From positions 32,001-96,000 of IMG/VR virus record IMGVR_UViG_3300033489_000003: DNA of 64,000 nt; one strand, written 5' to 3'. A program made the translations under genes and the position numbers. The DNA is from a virus. Below are positions 48,592-59,460 of the stretch, piece after piece. Every line of letters starts with the position of its first letter. Positions within the stretch are counted from its first letter, which is position 1. Below the pieces are notes generated by a model. It ran no database searches, was not told the DNA's origin, and was given only the letters and a program-made list of their open reading frames with translations.

Positions 48592-50118
48592 ATGAGCGAC
48601 GAAAAGTACGGGGCGATGCGCGGCTTTCAGGAGTCGCTCTATTCGTTGGCTGTCGACATTGTCGACGGCAGACGTACTGAGCGAACCTTCGTTTTGAGCG
48701 CTACGCCTGGCGGCGGGAAGACGCGGGCCTATTCGATCTTTGCCCACGAACTGCTCGAGGCCGGCATTGTTCAGAAAGTTCTCATCGTTGTGCCGCGCGA
48801 CTCGCTTCGCTCGCAAGTGCGAGAGGGTTTTACGGATGGGCAATACCTTTTCCGCGCGATCATAGACGACCCGAAGCAAATCAAGTCTGGCCAGGAGAGC
48901 ATCCTTGCCCGTTCTGGATGGGTCACTACGTACCAAGCAATCGCCGCAGCGCCGAAGCGGTGGCAACGTCTTGTTGCGGACTTCAGGCTTCTTCTTGTTC
49001 TGGATGAAGGACATCACCTGTCCGAGCGCCCGACCGATGATCCCGAGATCGCGGAGGGCGCCGCTTGGTGGCAAAGCCTTAAACCGATCGCCGATGTGGC
49101 TGAAAAGATTTTAGTCGGCAGCGGCACGCTTTGGCGTGAGCGTGGCCAAAAGATTCCGTTGGTCCCGTACCGAGAAGACGGTTCTCTCGTTGCCGACGTG
49201 ACCTACACGCGACGAGAGGCGCTTGCTGAAAAGGCCATTCTGCCTATCAACTTCAAACGCATCGACGGCCGCGCGATCTACGCCTCCAAGGGCAACGTCA
49301 AAAACGTCACGCTGTCGAGCGCCAAGAAGTCGGAAAACGCGAAGGCTCTCAAGACGCTTCTTCTGTCGCCCAACTATCGCGACGACGTTCTGGGCAGGCT
49401 TTCCGAGTGGGCGACGTATCGCCGGACGACCTATCCGTCCCGCGCGATCGTTGTCACGCATAGTCAATCGGCGGCGCGGTCAATCGCCGACATTGTCGGC
49501 AAACAGCTAGGCGTCAAGGTAGCTCTTGCCATAAGCGATGATGCGGCCAGTAAACGCCATCTGAAGGCGTTTCGTCGAGACCGGGTTGGCGATGTTCTCG
49601 TTACGGTTGGCATGGCCCACGAAGGGCTGGACGTGCCGGATTGCACGCATCTCATCTGCTTGACCGATGTCCGTTCTCCTGGATGGCTAGAGCAGATGTT
49701 CGGACGCGTGACGCGCTTCGATCCTTCCTGCGGTCTTACGTGGGAGCAGCAATGCGCGTACATCTATGTGCCAGATGATCCGCCGATGCGTGCGGTCATA
49801 GATGGCCTATTGGCCGAACAGCATCTTGCTTGGGAGGAGATGGCGCGCGGCAAGCCGAAAGGCATTCGCGTTCACCCGTTGGCCACCTTCCGACCGCTTG
49901 AAGGGTCGGCTGGAGAGACGCGCTACTCGTCCGTTGACGGCAATTTCACCGATGAGCAGTCGCGGCTGATCATGCGCACGCTGAAGACGTGGCCAGAACT
50001 GGAAGTGCTCCCGTGGCACAAGGTGCTTGAGATTGGCACCCACACGGACTGGAACACGTTCAACGGACAAGGCCACGGCGGGGTCGGTTCGGCGGAGGCG
50101 ACTGGCGATGCGAGCTGA
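48592..50118 (+). CDS. SF2 DEAD/DEAH-box helicase
   Basis: TPGGGKT, DEGHH, SGT, EGLDVP, QMFGRVTR. Confidence 0.9.
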   Translation: MSDEKYGAMRGFQESLYSLAVDIVDGRRTERTFVLSATPGGGKTRAYSIFAHELLEAGIVQKVLIVVPRDSLRSQVREGFTDGQYLFRAIIDDPKQIKSGQESILARSGWVTTYQAIAAAPKRWQRLVADFRLLLVLDEGHHLSERPTDDPEIAEGAAWWQSLKPIADVAEKILVGSGTLWRERGQKIPLVPYREDGSLVADVTYTRREALAEKAILPINFKRIDGRAIYASKGNVKNVTLSSAKKSENAKALKTLLLSPNYRDDVLGRLSEWATYRRTTYPSRAIVVTHSQSAARSIADIVGKQLGVKVALAISDDAASKRHLKAFRRDRVGDVLVTVGMAHEGLDVPDCTHLICLTDVRSPGWLEQMFGRVTRFDPSCGLTWEQQCAYIYVPDDPPMRAVIDGLLAEQHLAWEEMARGKPKGIRVHPLATFRPLEGSAGETRYSSVDGNFTDEQSRLIMRTLKTWPELEVLPWHKVLEIGTHTDWNTFNGQGHGGVGSAEATGDAS

Positions 50119-50890
50119 TCCCGGCATAGGTCGCGAGTCCGCCCCGATCGGCTCGGTCGAGTGGGCGCAGAACGTCCGCCTGCACTTTCAAACCGCCATG
50201 AAGCGCTTGGAAGAGGCGCCAGAGCGGGTGCAGGCGTTCGTCGACCAGGTCATCCAACACCGAGCGTGGACGCTCATGAGCAAGCCAGATGGGTCGTTCT
50301 TTTCCACCTGGGATGAGTTCTGCGCGTTCCCGCAGCCGTACGGACTCGGTAAGCCGTGGGACGAGTTCAGGCCATTCCTAGAGGCGGCCAAGGGCAAGAA
50401 GGTGGTGCAACTGGGAACGGTGGCGGAAGACCGCCGTCGAATGAATGGGGCGAACCAGCACACAGGGGCCAAAGAGGATTCTCCGCCCGGTGCGGAGAAT
50501 GCAGACACGCCAGACGTAGACACGCGCCTCCGCGCCATCCTCCGTGCCCCCGAGCAGGTACGCGACCTCTACCGCGCCGACCTCATCGGGCAGAAGGAAG
50601 CGGCGAGGCTAGGGCCCAAGAATCCTACTCCGGAGGAATCGGCAAAGGTTACCGAGGTCGCGATCGCAGTGGCGGATGTGGTCAAGACGGCCCCTAAACC
50701 GGCGACGTCGCGCGCTAAGCGGGACATCCAGCGGCAGGTCAATAAGACGGTGCGCGAGATGACCGGGTCAGAGCCGGCCCCGGCCGAGCGACTCTTCCGC
50801 GAGCTCGTGAAACTTCATCCCGACGACCGACGGACATTCTTCGGTGCCGCGATTCAACGATTCTCGAACGAGATTGGATGGGCGCGATGA
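50108..50890 (+). CDS. Hypothetical protein coupled to the helicase
   Basis: Overlaps the helicase stop; W..F....PYGLG motif. Confidence 0.6.
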   Translation: MRADPGIGRESAPIGSVEWAQNVRLHFQTAMKRLEEAPERVQAFVDQVIQHRAWTLMSKPDGSFFSTWDEFCAFPQPYGLGKPWDEFRPFLEAAKGKKVVQLGTVAEDRRRMNGANQHTGAKEDSPPGAENADTPDVDTRLRAILRAPEQVRDLYRADLIGQKEAARLGPKNPTPEESAKVTEVAIAVADVVKTAPKPATSRAKRDIQRQVNKTVREMTGSEPAPAERLFRELVKLHPDDRRTFFGAAIQRFSNEIGWAR

Positions 50891-51038
50891 CGGTATTCTG
50901 TTTCGCTGCTTCCGGAAACGCACATGCACTCTCGCCGGGCGACCTTGCCGATAACGCATTAGCAAATCTACGGGCACAAGGGTTGGTGACCGAAAGCCGC
51001 GGCGCGGACAGCCAGCGCCAGAAGTCTGACGGAGGCGA

Positions 51039-52226
51039 GTGATGACGTTTCAAGTTGGCGATCGCGTACGGCTAAAACTGACCGGTGCTGTCGGAACGAT
51101 CCTAAGTCGCCCCACCATCGGCGGGCGCGTTGACTACGAGCAGGACTTCCGACCGTCGGCCGTATGGGAGACTGACGATACCGAGCTAGAGCCCCACGTT
51201 GACGTATTCCCGATCGCGGCGGACAAGGACCCGTGGCGGGAGAGCGAGCCGCGTGCCGAACGTGGCGCCAGCTACTGTGGATCCTTGGGGTCTTCTGTTG
51301 GCTACAACTCCGGCGGAGTTTGGGCCTGCACCCGCGCGCAACACAGCACCGGGCACCATGTCTCGCGTGATCTTGATGGCAACGTCAACGCCCGCTGGCC
51401 GCAAGCCGCGCCAGCCGAGAAGCGCGGCAACTGGAAGCGCGAGCCGCCGCCAGTCGGCGCCGTTGTCACCTACGGCAACGGCCTCAACGAGATTTTCGCT
51501 ACGGTGTTTCGTGTCGACGGCGACGCCATCCTTGCCCGCTTTTCGTCGGGCGTGGAGTGGGAGATCGAGCGCGCCGCCTGGGAACTCGGCAGCGTCAATT
51601 TGCGGACTGAGAAGCGCGGTCCGCGGGTCGGCGATGAGGTTGTTCTAGCCGAGCCTAAGCCGAACTCTGTCGGCCGAGTCGGTGAGCGCGGGGCCGTAGA
51701 CCGCCACGACGGCGACCACTTCCACGTGATGTTTGAGAGGTGGGGATCCACGCTGCATATGTCGGAGTTTGGAACTGTTGTCGTGCCCCCGGCCGAGTGG
51801 GATGCACGGCAGAAGCGCGACACGGAGCGTGCGCCGGCACTGAAGGTGTTCGATGGCGAATCTGGACAACGTCTCATCTCCGAACCGCCGCCGGAAGGTC
51901 GCTTCGACTTCATCAAAAACGGCGACGTCACCGGCACCTATCCGACGCCGAAGTGTCAGCCGACAACGCCGGAGTCGATCAAAGCCGCCGCTGATGCGCT
52001 GACGCGGCACCTCGAATCCGTGACGGTTCACCCGTCGGCTGTTGCCCGCAGTCTCTTCGAGCTCGACTTCGCCGAGCACGCGATTCGCGTCGGCGACGAC
52101 GGCCGCGGCGGCATCGGCAAGGCCGCAGTTCTCGAGCGCATGTGGTCGCGCGCGTCGGCGGAGACGCTGGCGGAGTACGGCTGGCGCGCGGCGATAGTTC
52201 TCAAGAGAGCGGGAGAGATTCAATGA
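51039..52226 (+). CDS. Hypothetical protein with SH3-like repeats
   Basis: Repeated 'VGD.V.L' modules; RBS GGAGG. Confidence 0.55.
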   Translation: MMTFQVGDRVRLKLTGAVGTILSRPTIGGRVDYEQDFRPSAVWETDDTELEPHVDVFPIAADKDPWRESEPRAERGASYCGSLGSSVGYNSGGVWACTRAQHSTGHHVSRDLDGNVNARWPQAAPAEKRGNWKREPPPVGAVVTYGNGLNEIFATVFRVDGDAILARFSSGVEWEIERAAWELGSVNLRTEKRGPRVGDEVVLAEPKPNSVGRVGERGAVDRHDGDHFHVMFERWGSTLHMSEFGTVVVPPAEWDARQKRDTERAPALKVFDGESGQRLISEPPPEGRFDFIKNGDVTGTYPTPKCQPTTPESIKAAADALTRHLESVTVHPSAVARSLFELDFAEHAIRVGDDGRGGIGKAAVLERMWSRASAETLAEYGWRAAIVLKRAGEIQ

Positions 52227-53533
52227 ACGACAACGCCAAGCTGACGTATTCGCTCCTCGGCTTCTACCTCGCGGGTGCGCTGTCGATGCTCATCCCGACG
52301 CCGTTGAACTTCGTTGCCGGCGGCGTCGCTGGCTTGGTTGCGTACGCGCTATCGGCGAGGTTAGCGGCATGACGCTCCTCACCCTCACCCTCGAAGCCGG
52401 CGACATCGTCTCCGCGTCCGCGCTCGACGCCGCTGCGCCGGTCGTTGCGGTTGCGGGGCTCGCCATCTTCATCGTGCTGGCGGTGCTGGAGATGCGGGAA
52501 ATGCCGCGGGGAAGGAGGCGGTTGTGAAGGTCTTTATCTGGGAAGAGTGCGACTACGTCAGCGACCGCTACCACGACGACGGCGGTCTTACGGTTGTCGC
52601 GCGTGGTCTGGAAGCCGCTAGAAGGCTCATTGCGGAGACGTGCCCAAAGAAGTGCGCGGCACTAACCGCTGACCCGACGCTGGAACTCGACGTCGTCGAC
52701 CCGGGAGAAGAGCGGATCTTCGTATTCAGAAACGCAGGGTGCTGCTGATGAAACGCGCCCTCATCATCCTCTGCGTCCTCTTCCTCGCGTGCGACCGCGC
52801 CGACGAGCTCCTGGCGTCCGCCGTCCTGGAGGCGCTTGCGGAGCCGGCGGTGCCGCACAGTGACCACGCAGCCGACTGTGCGCGGGGCGAGGCGCGCATG
52901 CTGTCGCCGGATGTGCAGGCTACCGTTGACTGCCGGCATATCGACGCAGGAAGGCGGGCGCGATGAAGTCCGAAAAAACATGCGTGCACTTTCGCGGCAT
53001 CCAGCACGATACCTGTCTGGCGGGCGTCGTCGTGCGCTCGGTGCGCGTGGTGCCGGAGAAAGGCCCGTATCGCTTGCCCTGCTTGCCGGTGATCGGCGGC
53101 GGCGACATTCCGAACAATTGCGAGCAACGCCGCTATCCCACGGCGGAAGAGGTCGCTGCGGACCACGCGATGTGGGAGCGCGCCTTCGCCGCGTTCGCCG
53201 CTGGCAAGTCGCCATGTTGTGACGCTCCGCTCGAGTCTCGCGGGACAGCCAGGTTCTGCTCCAAATGCCGTGAGTTCGTTGGTCGCGAGTGCGGCGCCGA
53301 AGACATTGGAGACGGCGCCAAATGAAATCTCACAAGCCACGCGCCATCAATCGCGACTTCGTCGCCATGCAGGCGAAGACGTCGAAGGGCAAGCGCGTCG
53401 GCGAGTCGTTCGTGCGTCCGCTGTTGCCGGGTGAGACGAAGCGGACGGCGGGCACGCTGTTCGCCGAATCGATCTTGAATCAGCCAGACGGCACGCCGTG
53501 GCCAATCCCGAAGCCGATTCGACGGAGGAGCGC

Positions 53534-54262
53534 GTGAAACGCGACACCGTGTCTTCTGGCGCCGTCCTTGCGGCGCTGCGCAACGGACCGTTTCGGGAGC
53601 CGCTTAGAAAGCGATGCCGCACAGACAGGCCCTTTGGTTCAAGGCGCGGACAGCACTTCATAGTTCGCGACCGTGCGGATCAATTCCGCAGTGGAAAATT
53701 AATTCCAGTCAACGTCGGATTTAGGTGCGAATGGTGCGCATGCACCGTCGAGTTAAACCGATCGATCCGATCGCACGGAGAGCCGCGCTTCTGTTCCAAC
53801 ATTTGTAATCGATTGGCTGCTTGGCAGACATCAGAAAAGCAACAAGCGTGCGCCATGCGCGGCAAGGTCAACCCACAGTGGAAAGGGGACCATGCGTCGG
53901 CGCAGGCCGGGAGAGAGCGCGCGAGATCTATCTATCGACGGGTCGGCCCTTGCGACCGGTGCGGCAGGTCGCCTGCCGAGCGGCACCACAGCGACGGTAA
54001 CACGCTCAATAATGAGCCTCGCAACGTTGACCTTCTATGCCGTCGCTGTCACATGCAAGAGGACGGTAGAGCTTCTGCGTTTATGGCGGCGCGGTCCTTT
54101 TCCGGACAACGTCGGGGCCGTCTAACGGAAGACGACGCGAGGCGCATTCGTGAACGCGTAGCGACCGGTGCCACGCGGCGTTCGATGGCGGCCGAATACG
54201 GCGTGAGCGCGACAACAATCAGGCGCGTTGTTAGACGCGAGAGTTTTGGTTGGGTCTCATGA
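53534..54262 (+). CDS. HNH endonuclease fused to a copy of the next gene's N-terminus
   Basis: FCSNIC, NPQWKG, CDRCG..ERHHSDGN..NN...N...LCRRCH, C-terminal HTH. Confidence 0.85.
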   Translation: MKRDTVSSGAVLAALRNGPFREPLRKRCRTDRPFGSRRGQHFIVRDRADQFRSGKLIPVNVGFRCEWCACTVELNRSIRSHGEPRFCSNICNRLAAWQTSEKQQACAMRGKVNPQWKGDHASAQAGRERARSIYRRVGPCDRCGRSPAERHHSDGNTLNNEPRNVDLLCRRCHMQEDGRASAFMAARSFSGQRRGRLTEDDARRIRERVATGATRRSMAAEYGVSATTIRRVVRRESFGWVS

Positions 54263-55095
54263 AGGAGCGGAAGTACACATCCAGCAACGTGTTGGCCAGT
54301 CTCCGCGCTGGCCCGTTTCGAGAACCGGCTCACGCGTTCTTGTACGAAGTGCGCAACGGCACCGGTTACAGCCGCAAGGTAACGAGGTCAGCGGACGCCA
54401 TCGTAGTGTCGTGCTGGCCGTCGCGTGGGATTTGGATCGCCGGCATCGAGGTCAAGGTGTCGCGCCAGGACTGGAAGAACGAACTCGACCAGCCAGAGAA
54501 AGCCGCAGAAATTCTGAAGTGGTGTGACTTTTGGTGGGTCGCCGCCCCGGCTGGCGTTGTGGAACTTGCCGAAGTTCCGCAAACGTGGGGCGCGTTCGAG
54601 GCGCCAGGTCCACGCGGTAGTGTAAAGATGCTCCGCGAGGCGCCGCGGCTGACGCCGGAGCCGTGGGATCGCTTGTTCGTTGCGAGCATGCTGCGCAATG
54701 CGGCAGCGACGCAAGAGGCCGCTAGGCTCGCAGGTCGCGACGAAGCGCACCAGAAAGCGCGCGAAGAGTTCGGCGTCGATGCAATCGAGAAGATGCGCGG
54801 CGAATTGGTGGAAGCACAGCGCGAGCGCGACCGCTTCGAGCAACAGCTCACATACAAGACGAATGACTACGACAACCTCATCCGCAATGTGCTCGCATTT
54901 GAGATTGAGGCAGGCTTGCCGGCGCAATCGGTCGCGATCAGGTCCCGCGGGTGGGATCGGACGAATACGGTAGGCGCGCAATTTAAAGCCGCACAGCTAC
55001 TCGCTGAGCGCCCGCCCGGACAGCTCGCGAAACACTTCCGCGATGTCGCAGACGCCCTCGACGCTGTCGCTCATGCCACGAAGGTTGCCTCATGA
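54259..55095 (+). CDS. MmcB-like PD-(D/E)XK nuclease-domain protein
   Basis: EVRNGTG...ADAI...WPSRG....IEVKVSRQDW..EL..PEK. Confidence 0.75.
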   Translation: MKERKYTSSNVLASLRAGPFREPAHAFLYEVRNGTGYSRKVTRSADAIVVSCWPSRGIWIAGIEVKVSRQDWKNELDQPEKAAEILKWCDFWWVAAPAGVVELAEVPQTWGAFEAPGPRGSVKMLREAPRLTPEPWDRLFVASMLRNAAATQEAARLAGRDEAHQKAREEFGVDAIEKMRGELVEAQRERDRFEQQLTYKTNDYDNLIRNVLAFEIEAGLPAQSVAIRSRGWDRTNTVGAQFKAAQLLAERPPGQLAKHFRDVADALDAVAHATKVAS

Positions 55096-56672
55096 CGGCC
55101 CGCACGGTCTTCGGGTACTCTGTCGACGCCTCGGCGATCGATTGGTACGGGCGCTGCTCGACCAGAGAAGCTGCCATCGCTGAAGCACCGGTTTTTCTGG
55201 AACTCTGCCCGGGTGATGTTTTCTATGTTTGTCGCGGCGAATACGCGTCCCCGTCCGACCACGTGCCGAGCGCCTTCCACCTGAAGGACTGGATCGTCAC
55301 GGCGATGGAAGAGTCGCTCGACGATCGCAACAGCATGGATGACCAGGGATTCGACGTGAAGGAAGGCGCGTTCGAAGAACTCGAGGCGTATCTGAAAACG
55401 TGGTCGGAGAAGAATCTGTCGGCAAGAAAATGGTTGCTGCAAGGGGAGCCCGAAAGAATCCAATTTGGAAGTGGTGTCAACGGTATTGCGGCGGGGATTG
55501 AAAAGGAGAGCGCGTGATGTTCTACGTTGAGTGTCTTCTAATCGCCGCAGCAGGCGTATCCGGATACTTCGTCGGCTGGGTCCTTACGCGCGAGCAGGGC
55601 AAGCAAAATGCGATGCGGCTGTGTGCCTTGCAGCATCGTCTAGACCTCGCACTCGAGAAAGCGGCGCGACGCGTATCGCTGCCGCCGGCCCCCGCGGCGT
55701 TGGCGCTCGACGCCACCATCGCGTACCAGATCGCGCAACGCGAGGCCGCGCAGCGAGTGCCGGCCGAGATGGTGTTCCTAAGCCTCAGCACGGAGATTTC
55801 GCAGCCGATATTCGGCGATTTCCCGCGGCTCATTGACGACAATGACGTGCTGGTTATTCGGCACGATTGGGGGAAAAACTAGGATGAAACTCACCGTAAA
55901 CGTCAAGCTAACGCCCGCCGAACTGGCAGCCGCGTTCTGCGAACTGGACGATGAGGCGCAGGCGCAGTTCTTCATCGACGCCGCTCGCATTGCTGAGACG
56001 TGGGGCGGCGCCGGGCCGGCGATGCAGTGGTTCACGGTCGGCAGGCATCTAAAAACGTGCGCGTGTTCGACGTACGAAGCGCGCGCGATGGTGCGCGAGA
56101 TAGCTGACGCGATCGAAATGGAGACCGCATGATCCGCACCGTAACCGCCATCCCGCTCGCGATCGCCGCTGGCGTCGTCACGTTCGTCGGCGTCCTGCGG
56201 CTCGCGCGGCAGGAGATGAAGAGAGAGCGGCTCGCGGCACCGCCAATCACTCTCACGCCGCATGAGCACCGCACTGTTTTGCAATACAGGGGTCGCAAAT
56301 TCCTCCAGCGTTTTCTGGTGAAGCGATGACGAAGCGTAAGCCGTTCCATAGTTGGAGACTACTCGCGCAGTCTGGGTCACGCCGGTGGGCGATCGACACG
56401 GACGACAAGGAGGGTATCGAAGGGCTACTACCGCCGCTGCCGCCCTTTGATGAACTCGTCATCCGAGACGCGCCAGCCGTCCACCTTGAGCGCATGGACA
56501 CGCGGCACCTGCACATCCAGATCGGCGACGTGACGCTGTCGGCATGGGTCGACCGCGCTGGCAAAACTCGCCTCCGTCTCATCGATGGCAAGTTCGTCCC
56601 TCGGACCTGGGACATCGTGCCGCTGGACGATGGTGAGCTCGTGCGTGGCGTGCGGAGTAAGCGGGGCAAGCG

Positions 56673-56951
56673 ATGAAGACCTGTTCCAAGTGCCACGACG
56701 CAAAGCCGCTCGCGTGCTTCGGCCTTCAGTCCACGTCCGCATGCGGGAGACGCGCCGCGTGCCGCCTCTGCGAAGCGGAGCGGATGCGCGGATACAGAGC
56801 CAGCGGCGCTGGCGTGAACGCCAAAGGCACGGGCGGGCTGTCGCATCGCGAGATCGCGCGGCGGCTTGGGATGAGTAAATCGAGAATCCAACAACTCGAG
56901 GCGTCGGCCATGCGCAAGCTGCGGGCGGCGCTCGCGGAGGGCTGGAGATGA
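56673..56951 (+). CDS. Zn finger + sigma70 region 4 protein
   Basis: CSKC...CRLC; LSHREIARRLGMSKSRIQQLEASAMRKLR. Confidence 0.75.
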   Translation: MKTCSKCHDAKPLACFGLQSTSACGRRAACRLCEAERMRGYRASGAGVNAKGTGGLSHREIARRLGMSKSRIQQLEASAMRKLRAALAEGWR

Positions 56952-58789
56952 GCGCCAAGGAGATCGCGCAGGTCGTTGCAGGTGAGCGCAAATGGCATGT
57001 CGAGCAAGGCGATTGCCGCGATCTCCTCCGTCTCCTACAAGACAACTGCGTCGACGCCATCGTGATCGATCTGCCATACGAAATTGGATTCATGTCAGCG
57101 ACGTGGGACCGCACCGGCATCGCGTTCGATGTCGCGATGTGGAAAGAGGCGCTGCGCGTTCTCAAGCCAGGCGGTCACATTCTCTCGTTCGGCGGCACGC
57201 GCACCTATCACCGTATGGCGTGCGCGATTGAGGACGCCGGCGCTTGGTTTCGTGATCAAATTGATTGGTTATATGCACAAGGAATGCCGAAAGGACAGAA
57301 TGTCAATAAGTTTGCCTACGGCGTCTGTCGTTGTGAAGAGGTATCCCAACACGACGTGTCGCGTGTGCGGTCGTCCGACGTACAAACGTCCTTACCAGTT
57401 GGCGATGGGGAAGGGTCTGTACTGTTCGAGGGGCTGCCGGAACAAGGCCCATCCACAGAAGGGGAGGTGCCCGCCGCGTCCTTACATGCGTGGAGCCCTC
57501 AACCCGGCATGGAAGGGTGGCGTGACGATTCGGAAGGCCCACGGGAACTACAAGGGCGGTCGCTACGTGCGGTGTCCGCCGGAACTGCTGACGATGGCGC
57601 GCCCGGACAAGTATATAGCGGAGCATCGACTGGTGATGGCGCGGTTGGTGGGCAGACCCTTGACGAGCGTCGAGGTAGTTCACCACGAAAACCACGACTC
57701 CCACGACAACGCGCCAAAGAACCTAGAACTTTGGCCAGACAACAGGAGTCACAAGCTAGCGGAGCATGGCCGATTTGTGGAAGGTGCGGCCAACCTCGTC
57801 TTGCCACGGGTCTTGGCACTGGTCTGAAGCCATCTCATGAGCCGATCGCCATGGCGATGAAGCCGCTCGACGGCACATTCGAGCACAACGTCCGCAAGTG
57901 GGGAACGGGCGCGATCAATGTTGACGCGTGTCGAGTTGGAACCATTGGTGGCACCCATAAATTTGATGCACCAAAAGACTCATCAGTTGGTGTTTTTGGC
58001 GACGGGCTAAATGGTGGCGGAGGTAAGGGGAGAGAAATAGATGCCGGCCGCTGGCCCGCAAATCTCATCCTCTCGCACGCAGAAGGCTGCCAGCGCGTCG
58101 GTGTCCGCAAAGTCAAAGTCGCGCCGCCGTGGAACGATAACCGGCCACCTTCGCTCTTCACTGGCGCGGAGACGTCACCGGTGCACCACACGGACGGCGA
58201 CGGATTCGAGACGGTGGACGACTACCGCTGCGTCGAAGGGTGCCCAGTGGGGATGTTGGATGGGCAGAGCGGGGTGAGCGGACCAAGCGGTCGCCCTAAC
58301 AGTTACGGCAATGTGTACCGCAATACCGGGTTCGGTGATTTTGGTCACAGCGAGTACCACAACCTGCATCTAGACTCAGGCGGCGCCTCTCGCTACTTCA
58401 CCACGTTCCCCTACGAGCCGTTCTTTTACGAGCCGAAAGCGTCGCAGGCAGAACGGGAGCGCGGCTGCGAGTGGATGGACGAGGAAGTCGTCGACGACGG
58501 GCGTCACACGCCGAACGACACGCCCTACCAGCGCGGCAAGAAGAAGCGGAAGAACACGCACACGACGGTGAAGCCCGTCGGCGTGATCCGCTGGTGCACG
58601 CGTCTCGTGTGCCGTCGCGGCGGCCTCGTGCTCGACATGACATGCGGGAGCGGTACCGGTGGGATCGCGGCGCTCGCCGAGGGCTGTCGCTGGATCGGTT
58701 TTGAGCTCAAGCCGAAGCACGTTGAAATCGCCATCGCGCGAATCATCGGCGACGCGCCGCTGCTTAACACGATCGGAGCCGTCCGATGA
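56948..58789 (+). CDS. N6/N4 DNA methyltransferase with a large insertion
   Basis: GDC, DLPY (variant of DPPY), RVLKPGG, LKPSHEPI, GRWPAN, H.TVKP, DMTCGSGT. Confidence 0.88.
   Translation: MSAKEIAQVVAGERKWHVEQGDCRDLLRLLQDNCVDAIVIDLPYEIGFMSATWDRTGIAFDVAMWKEALRVLKPGGHILSFGGTRTYHRMACAIEDAGAWFRDQIDWLYAQGMPKGQNVNKFAYGVCRCEEVSQHDVSRVRSSDVQTSLPVGDGEGSVLFEGLPEQGPSTEGEVPAASLHAWSPQPGMEGWRDDSEGPRELQGRSLRAVSAGTADDGAPGQVYSGASTGDGAVGGQTLDERRGSSPRKPRLPRQRAKEPRTLARQQESQASGAWPICGRCGQPRLATGLGTGLKPSHEPIAMAMKPLDGTFEHNVRKWGTGAINVDACRVGTIGGTHKFDAPKDSSVGVFGDGLNGGGGKGREIDAGRWPANLILSHAEGCQRVGVRKVKVAPPWNDNRPPSLFTGAETSPVHHTDGDGFETVDDYRCVEGCPVGMLDGQSGVSGPSGRPNSYGNVYRNTGFGDFGHSEYHNLHLDSGGASRYFTTFPYEPFFYEPKASQAERERGCEWMDEEVVDDGRHTPNDTPYQRGKKKRKNTHTTVKPVGVIRWCTRLVCRRGGLVLDMTCGSGTGGIAALAEGCRWIGFELKPKHVEIAIARIIGDAPLLNTIGAVR
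57333..57827 (+). CDS. HNH endonuclease nested in the +1 frame inside the methyltransferase
   Basis: CRVCG..YCSRGC, NPAWKGG, YIAEHRLVMA..VGRPL...EVVHHEN....DN...NLEL; alternative start 57300. Confidence 0.88.
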   Translation: MKRYPNTTCRVCGRPTYKRPYQLAMGKGLYCSRGCRNKAHPQKGRCPPRPYMRGALNPAWKGGVTIRKAHGNYKGGRYVRCPPELLTMARPDKYIAEHRLVMARLVGRPLTSVEVVHHENHDSHDNAPKNLELWPDNRSHKLAEHGRFVEGAANLVLPRVLALV

Positions 58790-59460
58790 TCCACCCGGTC
58801 CGCTGCCTCCAGCGCCACCAATCGACTTATTTGAGCGACGTCATCAATCGAGACGGCAGCATCTCGCACTTGTGCGGAGACTGTCAGCGCGAGGCAAGCG
58901 ACCAGCTCGTTTTGGTCAACCTCGTCCGTCTGCTTTTTAAGAGGTCGAGCGAGCTGACGGCGGATGAGCGGAAGGAGAGTGGGACGTGAGAACAGCGCCC
59001 CCTTGTCCGCCGCACGTCATTGACGCGATCAATTCCGCGATGAAAGACGCATATATCGCAGGGCTCAAGGACGGGTTAGCGGTTGCCGAGAACATTCGTG
59101 GCTGGCTCACTAGAGAGCCTGACACCAACAGGCAAGCCGAGGCCCGAGCGTGGGCGGACGCGGCAATTGAGCGAGCGAAGAAAAGAGTGTTGCTATGAGG
59201 GATCGCTGGAAAGACACCAGTTCCTGGAGCCAGCGCGACCCGTCGGATCTTCGCGTCCCAAAGGAGTGGACTCTTCGCACGGCCAACGTCCGAATCGTCG
59301 TGCACCATCACATGGATTACGAGCCCGACCGGTGGTTCTGCTCCGCGTATCCGTTGTTCGACATGCAAGGTCTGATGGCTGGCGACGCTGAGGCGGCCAA
59401 GGCTGAGGCTGTGGAGCTCGTTGGACAGTGGTTGCGGACGGCGCTGAGGGGGCTGGAGAC

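Noticed and set aside
57300-57827. Intein in the methyltransferase
   Set aside because: No His-Asn/Cys-Ser-Thr splice junction, and the nuclease is in a different frame
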